Assembly (NCBI RefSeq): GCF_037042905.1
Contig: NC_087251.1
Span: 3,846,001 to 3,906,000 of the forward strand
Reading direction: 5' to 3'
Source: Lytechinus pictus
Taxonomy: Eukaryota
Length of the DNA stretch: 60,000 nt
The notes under the pieces were generated by a model. It was not told the origin of the DNA and did no database searches. It worked only from the letters and a program-made list of their open reading frames with translations. Positions 22,601-34,600 of the stretch are shown in pieces (position 1 is the first letter of the stretch; every line of letters starts with the position of its first letter). Both the position numbers and the translations under genes were made by a program.

Positions 22601-25600
22601 TCATCAATGCAATCATACCCTACTCCAACCACTGTTTGACGGCTCTTCATAAACACCTTGCTTCCTTGACTACCATCAAGAGGAAGGTTCATCACAGACA
22701 TACCATATCCAAAAACTAGTGACCCTTCCACCTCAGGAAGAGCTGCAATAAATAAATTCATAAAAATATTCAAATATTGCCAAATAACAAGTATGATGTG
22801 GCTATTCCTTGTACATAAACTTGCAACAGTCTGCATCCAATGTGCATTTCACTTTCAGGTATCATGATTTTACTGAAAACTTACTATTTTCTTACCATAT
22901 AGTTTCCCTTAATACAGGCGTAATACTTTTGAATAGTTGAGTTACAATTTGTATGGCTATTCACTTTTATTTTTTTAAACAACATTTCACTTGAACAACG
23001 ATTATGACCAATTCAAGAAATGCCAGTCATAATATATGACCAAATTACATAGTCATTAAAGTCTACAGTCCAAACTTCTTGGTATTCTAAAATTTCAATC
23101 CCGTTATTCTTCAATTTGTTGTTAGATTTGACTAATGCATCATTTTATTGGATTTTGCTTTGTTAATACACGTCTTCTAATTACAATTTCGACCCTGCCC
23201 TTTATCAAGTTATACCGGTACATGAAATTAATTTTTTCTCCCAAATTCCATGAAATCTGTCCTTTTTTTGTATCACAGAAATAGTAGATGTACAAAAAAT
23301 TAATTGGAACATTACACAAGACGTTCATTGCGGCATATCTTGGCAAATAAAAAGTATTAAGATAGTTTACCTTGACATGTGTATCCATCTCCTTGATAGC
23401 CAAGATTACAGCGACAACTGTAGGAACCTCGTGTGTTCTGACACTGAGCATTTTGATCACAGGCAATCTCAGCTCCTTCCAAACACTCATTGACATCTAC
23501 AGAAATTAAACAATGTCAATCAACTTGGTACATACTGCATTTACATCAAGATATTATCATGAATATAATACACTGATATATCAAGTAGTAGCAGTAGTAG
23601 TAATACAGGTTTTAAATCAGAGGTTGGCTGGATTCATCTCGCACTCACAAAAATTATTCTCACTCCCTAAAGGGCAATTATGTTGAGCAATTAATCATCT
23701 GTAAATGATATCTGGAAAAAAGAAGTTAAGATGAACCAAGTAAGCAGATGAAAATAAGAAAAGTATGGGTTAATTTTTTCAATTGAAAGAAATGTCCTGA
23801 AAATTGAAAAATGTAAGTTAAAAAATGAAGAAAAAAACCCATAGAAGAAATGAATGAGTGAATTTAGCGCATGAATGAAATAATGAATGAATAAAATGAA
23901 TGAGTGAATGAATGACTGAGTGATATAGTGCATGAATTTAGTGAATGAGTGACTATGTGGGTGAGTGAGTGAATGAACAAACGAATGAGTGATAAAGTGA
24001 ATTAATGAATTTAGTAAATGAGTAAGTGAGTGAGTGCATGAATGAATGAATTAATGATTCAAAGGAATAATATGAACTAGATCCATAAACTTTCAAAGTT
24101 ATGATGGCAATTCAACAAAGACCCTCAACATGACCAAAGTTCATTGACACTGCATGACCTTTGACCTTGGTCATGTGACCCGAAATTCAGGCAGGATGTT
24201 CAATGATACTACATTACCCTTAGGTCCAAGTTTCATGAAGTAGATCCATAATCTTTCAAAGTTATGATGGTGATTCAACAATTACCCCCAACATGACCAC
24301 AGTTCCTTGACCCTAAATGACATTTGACCATGGTCATGTGACCAAAAACTCAGGCAGGATGTTCAGTGATACTCTTTTAAACTTTTAAAGTTATGAAGAA
24401 ATTTAAAAAACTTAACCTTAGTTAAGATTTCGATGTTGATTTCCCCAACACGGTCTAAGTCCATTGACCCCAAATGACCTTTGACCTTGGTCATGTGACC
24501 TGAAACTCAGGCAGGATATTCAGTAATACTTGATTACCCATATGTTCAAGTTTCATGAAGTAGGTCCATATACTTTATAATTTATGATGACATTTCAAAA
24601 ACTTAACCTTTAAGATGTCATGTTGACGACGTTGTCGTCGCCGCTATCAGCGCCTATAAGCCTCGCTCTGCTATGCAAGCGAGACAAAAAGGGAATAAAT
24701 AGATATGCATAATACATGAATAATGAATAACAATATTTAATCTAGAATGGAATCAATTTATTCATCTAACTTATTTTTGATGACATGTTATTGCTATACT
24801 TCATCTCCAAAAAGATTCTCACCAGTACAAGTGATGCCATCACCATTGAATCCTCCATTACAGATACATCTGTAGCCCCGTCCCTCAGGATAACAACTAG
24901 CATCAGTGCTACAATCTTCACATACATTCACCAGCTGGTCTGTTATGAAACAAAGAATACAAAATGGTCAAATATATGCATCAAACAACATTTCAGAATT
25001 TACCATGCAAAATGCTATAATAGATAATTCTCAATTACATTTAAATGTAATTGTAATGCTATGAATCCAGTGACCGGGTAATAATAATTGTGAAGCGCTT
25101 TGAACAGTCGTAGATTGATAAAGCGCTATATAAATGCCAATTATTATTATCATTAAATATTGACGATTCACCCCCCCCCCTTTCCTAAAAAAAGGAGGGG
25201 TGTGCTTAAACAATATTAGTGGAGAAGGTGAACCACATACATCCTTTTCTTTATACTATCATCATCCCCTAAATTCCATGTTTCCATGAGGTTTTATCCT
25301 CAATCCTCTAAACATTGCACAGATGAAACAGTCAGATTGCAGAACATAAAATCAATGTTAACTCTGCCATCAATGGCTAGAATTATCAAGAGCCAATCAC
25401 AAACAAGGTTTTCTTGGTAGTCGTTAATGGCAAGAGCCAATCACAAACAAGGTTTTCTTGGTAGTCGTTAATGGCAGGAGCCAATCACAAACAAGGTTTT
25501 CTTGGTAGTCGTTAATGGCAGGAGCCAATCACAAACAAGGTTTTCTTGGTAGTCGTTAATGGCAGGAGCCAATCACAAACAAAGTTTTCTTGGTAGTCGT

Positions 25601-28600
25601 TAATGGCAAGAGCCAATCACAAACAAGGTTTTCTTGGTAGTCGTTAATGGCAGGAGCCAATCACCAAACAAGGTTTTCTTGGTAGTCGTTAATGGCAGGA
25701 GCCAATCACAAACAAGGTTTTCTTGGTAGTCGTTAATGGCAGGAGCCAATCACAAACAAGGTTTTCTTGGTAGTCGTTAATGGCAGGAGCCAATCACAAA
25801 CAAGGTTTTCTTGGTAGTCGTTAATGGCAGGAGCCAATCACAAACAAGGTTTTCTTGGTAGTCGTTAATGGCAGGAGCCAATCACAAACAAGGTTTTCTT
25901 GGTAGTCGTTAATGGCAGGAGCCAATCACAAACAAGGTTTTCTTGGTAGTCGTTAATGGCAGGAGCCAATCACAAACAAGGTTTTCTTGGTAGTCGTTAA
26001 AGGCAAGAGCCAATCACAAACAAGGTTTTCTTGGTAGTCGTTAAAGGCAAGAGCCAATCACAAACAAGGTTTTCTTGGTAGTCGTTAAAGGCAAGAGCCA
26101 ATCACAAACAAGGTTTTCTTGGTAGTCGTTAATGGCAAGAGCCAATCACAAACAAGGTTTTCTTGGTAGTCGTTAATGGCAGGAGCCAATCACAAACAAG
26201 GTTTTCTTGGTAGTCGTTAATGGCAGGAGCCAATCACAAACAAGGTTTTCTTGGTAGTCGTTAATGGCAGGAGCCAATCACAAACAAGGTTTTCTTGGTA
26301 GTCGTTAATGGCAAGAGCCAATCACAAACAAGGTTTTCTTGGTAGTCGTTAATGGCAAGAGCCAATCACAAACAAGGTTTTCTTGGTAGTCGTTAATGGC
26401 AGGAGCCAATCACAAACAAGGTTTTCTTGGTAGTCGTTAATGGCAGGAGCCAATCACAAACAAGGTTTTCTTGGTAGTCGTTAATGGCAGGAGCCAATCA
26501 CAAACAAGGTTTTCTTGGTAGTCTTTAATGGCAGGAGCCAATCACAAACAAGGTTTTCTTGGTAGTCGTTAATGGCAGGAGCCAATCACAAACAAGGTTT
26601 TCTTGGTAGTCGTTAATGGCAGGAGCCAATCACAAACAAGGTTTTCTTGGTAGTCGTTAATGGCAGGAGCCAATCACAAACAAGGTTTTCTTGGTAGACG
26701 TTAATGGCAGGAGCCAATCACAAACAAGGTTTTCTTGGTAGTCGTTAAAGGCAAGAGCCAATCACAAACAAGGTTTTCTTGGTAGTCGTTAAAGGCAAGA
26801 GCCAATCACAAACAAGGTTTTCTTGGTAGTCGTTAAAGGCAAGAGCCAATCACAAACAAGGTTTTCTTGGTAGTCGTTAATGGCAGGAGCCAATCACAAA
26901 CAAGGTTTTCTTGGTAGACGTTAATGGCAGGAGCCAATCACAAACAAGGTTTTCTTGGTAGTCGTTAAAGGCAAGAGCCAATCACAAACAAGGTTTTCTT
27001 GGTAGTCGTTAAAGGCAAGAGCCAATCACAAACAAGGTTTTCTTGGTAGTCGTTAAAGGCAAGAGCCAATCACAAACAAGGTTTTCTTGGTAGTCGTTAA
27101 AGGCAAGAGCCAATCACAAACAAGGTTTTCTTGGTAGTCGTTAATGGCAGGAGCCAATCACAAACAAGGTTTTCTTGGTAGCCGTTAATGGCAGGGTTAT
27201 CATTAATTAAGCAAAAGGATGCTGGTCACATGGGCAAAAAACTAATGGTGAATAAATCAAAGAGACTTACCTGCTAGCTCACAGATATAACCATCTCCCT
27301 CATAACCAGATTGACAAGAGCAAGAATATCCTCCCGGTGCAGGAAAGCAGTCAGCATTAGGATGACATCGATTGTTCACACAAGGATTCTCTTCTACGTT
27401 TAAAGACATATCAAAACAATATCACTTATACCAAAGGTAAACATAAACATGATTTCAATTTCTAGGTGACACCACAGAAGAAACATAAATACAAAACCCA
27501 ATGGACGATGATTATGATAAAAGCAGTCTTTATAACAAAAGAGAATGTTGAGATTCTTCAAACTGGTGAACATTTCATGAAACAATTAGTCATAGATTTT
27601 CACTGAAAACTGTTATAATCTACTGAAATCCTTGCATCTGATTGGCTCAGAACAAATCAGACAGTAAGAATCATTTAACTGTTTGCTTTATGAAACACTC
27701 CCCTGATCTTTTGAAATGATGACAACTTATGAATCGATCAATCCAAATTTATTGTTAATTTTATGCCGCGATGGTATATGGTGTGCACCAATCATGGGTT
27801 AAAGCTAAATGAAAGTAGTTGCAGTAAAACACTGATTTTGTGAGAAAGTCTGTAAAACCAAGGTTAAGTATTACTATATCATCGTGGATCTAGATCTGGT
27901 ACAGTTACATAAACTGAATTTTGTGAAATCATAAAATCTAAGCTGAAAAACGATCACGCTGAACATTGCCAACACAGATATGCACACGTGGGACAGTGTA
28001 TATTATTATTGCTGGAATGAAGACCCGACGGAAATGCCCGAATCCGCGCTTATTTCTTCCAGAATCCTTTGGCACATATTTTTTATTCATACAAACAGAC
28101 ACTTGGGAGGTCATTATATTGGATTCTGTAAAAAGTCATTTTGAGATCGTGACCACAACTGGTATTTATCTTCAACAATAATTGTCATTATTTTATCCCA
28201 GACATAATAAATCATCATTTGCCCCCCTTTCACAGGGTTATTTTGAAAAGAAATTTCAAGAAAATAATTACAATATACATCTGCATACACATACCTTATT
28301 GTAGATAGTCAATATTTCAAACATAATGTTACAAATCATCACAATCTAGGGCAAAATCACATAATTTGATGATTTAATGCAAAAATTTCAAGACAAAACT
28401 TATATAAATATTAAATATTCAATGAAAAACTAATTAATATGACTTTAATCATTTGAAATTGATATGATTAAAAAATCATTTTGCTCACTTGGAAGAATGG
28501 CCTTGGGCCAGTCTATAGTTACTAGTAAATATTTTGCAACAAATAAAGATCATATATAAAACAGATCAGTGTTGGCTGTGGAATTGAACATGAATTTTTC

Positions 28601-31600
28601 CTGTTGATACCTACCTTGGCAGTTATATCCATCTCCTGTATAACCTGGAGCACATTCACAGTAGAAGGCTGTATCTCCTCGAGGACGGCAATAAGCATAA
28701 GGGCTACAGTTGTTGTTGTCACATGGATTACCGCTTTGTTCTAATGATTTAAGAATAAAATTAATGGAAGTAATATCCCTTACTTTTAAATTATATGAGG
28801 ACTATACAATATTTTGTAAAGCTCTTGTCTCTTTACAAGCGATTACTACGTTTATAATGACCAAAATATATCATGTAGGGAATAGGTTACAGTGGAAGAC
28901 AGTATCATTGTTCATTTCTACAAGTCCATCATCCATCATCCAGAGTGTTCTGATAGTTTATTTTGCCAATGCAGCAAAATGCGACTTTAATAAAGAAACT
29001 TAATCAACCCAGAAAAATTGTAGAACGCTTATTAGGATTAGACTTACCTTCCCTTGATGACCTCTACCTATAGAGAGAATCGTTGCTAAACTAAAACAGA
29101 TTATGCAGGACCCCACCCACCCACTCTACGATAATTTTACTTTCAACTGTTCAGGCATTCGTCTATGTACACCATGCACACTAAAAACCTGTTTGAGACA
29201 ATAATTTGTCCCCAATGCTATTCATCACTTTAACGCTCAAGTCCGAAGGTCTGTGTCTCGCCCGTAATTAATTAGTACCCTACACTTTTAATTGTTTGTT
29301 AATAATCACAATAGATAACTTTGGCATTTCGTATATATTAACTACAGATACTCGGCGGGTCGCACAGCCGAGCACATGTATCCCCCGAACTCACCGTGTC
29401 ATCCGTCATTGCGATATATAGAGCTCACACAGAAATTTGACAAATAAATACAATCATCATGGCGACAATGACCCTGCCCACATTTTGCCTGTGGGTACCA
29501 AATTTGATGACAATAATATGACATAGCAGCGTGACTCTGCAGAACCTTTGGGCCGGGCGCAGAGTAGATCGCACCGGCATGGCAAGCTGGCCTGTGACTG
29601 CCTGCTGGAGGATTGACAGTCGATTTGATTTCCGTCTCTGTTGAAGAGACTCTGTTTTCAGTGTCTTCTTCATCAGTTACACTACTCTTTCTTTCATACT
29701 TTCCGGTGATAAAAAAAAATGCTCTATTCCGAATTTGTTCAAATATATTTACTAGTGTTTGAGTATGTGGATCCCACACTGATGAACAATAGTCAAGTAT
29801 TGGTATAACCATTGTCTTGTACGACATGTGATGGACACGAATGCAAGTTTCTTCTCAGGAAACCAAGTACTCTGTTTGCCTTGGAGCATACTCTGTCTAC
29901 ATGAGAATTTCATGAGAGATCATTACTTATATCTACACCTAGGTACTTATAGGCTTTGGTTTCTTCTAGTAGTGTTATTCAGGGTGTAATTGTACTTCAG
30001 AGGGCTTCTAGCATGTGAAAGTTGCATGACTTAGCACTTTTTAGCATTAAAATCCATCTGCCACTTGTTTTGCTAAGTTGTTAATTTATCAAGATCTCTT
30101 TGCAACTTCTCAGAATATTTTGGGCAGGTTACTGTAGTGTATAATATACAATTGTCTGCAAACAAACAACATCAAGATTCTAATCCTTCAGGGAGGGTGT
30201 TGATATGAAGTAGAAAGTCTTATCAGGCCTGACACTGTCCCTGTGGCATGATAGAATCTACATTGACCCATTCAGAATGTTCATCCCCTACCACTACACA
30301 TTGTTTACGTTTGGTGAGAAACACTTCAATCCATTTGTGAAATTTACAATCAATTTGTCAGTTTTACAAATTCATTTGTAAATAATTATTTTATCTCATT
30401 GTGATACAGGGCCCAGACCACAGCATTGAAATACAAATAGAGAATAATGGTACCTCTTTCACAGTTCCTGCCATCTCCTATGAATCCTGGAGCACATTGA
30501 CAATAGAAACCCTCACCGTCAGGGTAGCAGTAGGCATAAAGAGAACAGTCATTGGTATCACAAGGATCACTTCCTTCATCTATTATACAAAGAAAATATT
30601 AGAAATAACTTCTTATTAGGTGGTTTCAGACCGCCTCGAAGTTCGTCAGTTCCAGGTATTCTCTAATCGGGAAATTTACCTCGATCAGAAAATACTAGGT
30701 ATTTTGGTAATGTGAAAGCAAACTATGCGTAATTTCCCCAAAAGAAAATACCCGCTAAATAGTAGGTACTTGGCGAAATTACGAGAACTTTCGCGGGGAT
30801 TTTTCCAAGGTCGCAGGTATTTTGGCAATGTGAAAGCAATTTACTGGAACTTTTAGCCCAGCGTGTCGTTGGGTGCGGGCGCCGTGGGTGGCTGCTGGGC
30901 TAGTGATTTTGAATCTCGCGCCTTGCCTGCTTATACAGACCATACTGCGCATGCTCGTAACTTCAGGAACTTATTCCGAAGAGTATGCTTTGGGGCGGTG
31001 TGAATGCAGAAATAATTAATGGGTATTTTTTAGCCTAATAAAGTTCTCGTAATTTAACGGGGATTCTTATGATCGAGGCGGTTTGAAACCACCTATAGAG
31101 AATATTTCATTCAGCAGTAAGAATTCACAGCACAGTCAATTGGTATTTTGTATTTTGCAAGTCAACAGTACATGTGTGGGTACACAGAATTGTATTTCAT
31201 GCAAATGGTTGTTGGGTGGTCTTTCACAGAGATTTTAAGAGATACATTTTAATAGATATCATAACTTAATGCACAATAGCATGTTGTTAACACCTTGATC
31301 AGACCATACCCTGAGGATGCATGCTACATCATATTTATCAACAAGATTGCCTGTATATATCATGTTCCCATTCAACTTTAAGTCACACTAACTCATTGTA
31401 AAAAAAAGACCCTGGAGAGTATTTCATCAACATGTTTCATCCAACGAGCTGTCTGATCAGATGGCTAAGAAGCAGTTACTATGGTAACTGTCGGATAAAA
31501 CTGGACTTGTCGAATAAAATATCCAACAAGTCTGTTTATAAAACGTTCCTCAGATGTGCTACTTGCAATAGGAAGTATAAAATTATTGTAGGTAAAATTG

Positions 31601-34600
31601 ATGTTTAAAATGATAATTTGACAGTAACCCACCTGGCACACAGACACGTCCATCTCCATTAAATCCTGGGGCACACTGACAAGTGAAGGTATCTCCAGCA
31701 GGGTAGCAATCAGCATTACTATCACAATCATTATTATCACATTGATTGCCTGTTGATCCTAGTATGAGTCAAACAGTGAATAGTCAATGAAATATCATAG
31801 TTGAATGCTTGAAAAAGTAACAGCCCTGATAAATACCTATGTATTGAGAGTACATTTTGAATAAAAAGTTCTTCTTCGGTTTTTACACCTAGAATCAAAA
31901 CTGGAAATGTGGCAACCTTTTAGCTATGAATTGAAATATTCAGGAGGAAATAAACAATCACAGCAGTGTGAGAGAAATAAGATTTACAAAAGTTTGCATG
32001 TGGATGGCAATACTGTGGAAATGTAGTTCTGGTTAACTTGTGCACTTCTGTGTTACTAATTGTAGTATTTTAAAGACATAATTGTGTCAACTGTAACATT
32101 ATACATTACTTGTAGATTGTACATTTTTGTTTCATTATCATTAACATGAATGTTTTCAGTTCACCATTTGTCATTCCCCAAATGACCAAACGATCAAAAA
32201 TGAAAAAAAAAAGTATGATGAAATGTGTATAGAAGAGCATTGCACTGTGGACAATCTTGGATTAAAATGCATTGCACTGTTATTATCATGGATATAGGTG
32301 TGTGAAAAAATGCGCACTGCTGAATTGTTCATTTACGAAGGATTGGATGATATCACTTGTTCACACAAGTATCTTCAAAGATCTCCCCTAACAGACAGTC
32401 TTACCTTCTGGCTGACAGCTATATCCATCTCCTTCATAACCAGATCTACAGAAGCAAGAATATCCTCCCGGTGCAGGAGAGCAGTCAGCATTACGGTCAC
32501 ATTGATTGTTCACACAAGGATCCTCTTCTGCATAAGAATACAATATCAGACATCATTTAAAGGCAGTGTAAATGATTTCTACAGAGAGCCATAATGCTCT
32601 CAATTTTCAAACTCATATGATCAATTAAACATCACTGCAAAGTCATTCAAGACCTCAAATCTAAATTTGATCTACAGATACTCAAATTAAACACAGATAT
32701 TTAGATAAAAGATATTTAAATCAATTTGAAATTAGTCTACATTTTATCGAAAATAAGGAAGTAGATACACTATTTGTCGCATTCTACACTACTTATTATA
32801 TCAGTGTCTACAGGATCACTAAGAGACAAGTAAAAATGGCATCTATATCATTTTTTGAAACAAATAAAAGAAATAATGGCATTGATAGTTAATTTCAAAT
32901 AAAAAAGAAGGAATGATTGTTTAACCTATGTCCGTGCAACAAGAAAACTTACCATTATGATAACTTTATCAGTAGTAATAACTTTAATGGATACCTTGAA
33001 TTTAATTGAATAATAAGTGAAATTACCATGGAAGTTCATGGTAAAGTCATCAATGATGGGGGTTTTGTGCTTCTTGGCCCAGACAGAAGGGCATTATCAA
33101 CAAAAGTTGATTTGAATAAAAAGAGGAAATCAACAAGCATAACACTGACAATTTAATCACAATCGGATGTAAAATAAGATATTTAAGGCATGTAAAAGTT
33201 TTGCTTCATTCCACAAAACATTTATATGCACATCCTGGTTGGTATGCAAATGAGAGGACCGATGACATCACACACTCACTATTTCTTTTGTTTTTTTTAT
33301 TATGTGAAAATTTGAATTTTCTCCTCATCATCATCATACCGAGGTTGTTATACCGAGGTTGTTTTACCTGACTGCTAAGAAAGCACGAATGCCTGTGAGC
33401 AAGCAACCAGGGGACCAACGGCTTAAGGTCCTCTCCGAGAGACCTGGTAATGAGGATAAATGCCTTACCAAAGGGCACTAGCGCACCACTTGGGAATCGA
33501 ACCCGGGTCACCGGAATCCGAAACCCCCGCTCTACCGACTGAGCTATCACGCCTCATGATAGAAAGTTTTATCTCCTCTAAACATGTGGAATTACTATTT
33601 TTTGGTTCAACTAAAAATGTTACTGTCAAATCTGTAAATATTGAAATATTATATAACATTTGTGAAAAATAAGCAAATTAAATTTTTTTTTTCTACATTT
33701 GATTCTGAAAAAAAAATGATCAGTATTGTGCTTGTTTGATATTGATTCAAATCACCTTTTTTCTGGGGTGGACTAAAATTCTGGCTTACCTACGCATGTG
33801 TATCCATTACCAGTGAATCCTGATCTACATTGGCAGGTGAAGGAATCACCTTGAACAAAACATTCTGCATTTTCACCACAATTATTATTCTCACAAGCAT
33901 CAGTAGGTACACCTAAGAGACGGGAAAATGAGATATTAGAAGTCTGTAATGTCTATTTGTTTATACCGCGGTACTAGGACGCAGTATTAACGCGGTAATG
34001 GGATACGGTACTTAAATCTGATGCATATTATCATGGTAATACCGTAAATTATGTACCGTAAAATTTTGTGGTCTAGTATCGTCCCAATTTACCGAGGTAC
34101 TTTAATGTGGTAATACCGTGGTAAAATTTTACCACGGTATTACCGCTGTAATATGACGGTACATTTTTATAAGGGTTATCATTCAAATTAATGTATGAAA
34201 AAGAACTTGCAATAATTTTCTTCTCAAATTGTTCTGCTTAAGCAATATTGCACTTCTAAATCTAACTGATATTGTAGCTGCATGTATACATAAATGTTAA
34301 AATAACATTTGACAAAAAAGTTAGTTATGAACTTCACTAACAATCTAATTTTGTCCCATACACTACAAATCTTGCTGTACTACTGGTTAAAAATCACACA
34401 ATCAAAAGTACTTTGTACTATGCAACATCTTGAATAGCAGTATGTCGCACTGTGTACTACTTTCACTAAAAAAATATAATTGTATAATCTTAGCACTAAT
34501 TTGCACTAAAATATTACAATATACAATTACCAATAATTCATCCATAATTTTGAGAGCAATCGGCCAAGATAATTTCAAACTTTTCTTTTTTATTAGGCCA

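Noticed and set aside
25391..27194. CRISPR-like array
   Set aside because: Units are head-to-tail with no unique spacers, there are no cas genes, and the context is a eukaryotic intron: it is a minisatellite.
33480..33556. Functional tRNA-Arg gene
   Set aside because: The acceptor stem does not pair, and it continues into a SINE body, tail and TSD.
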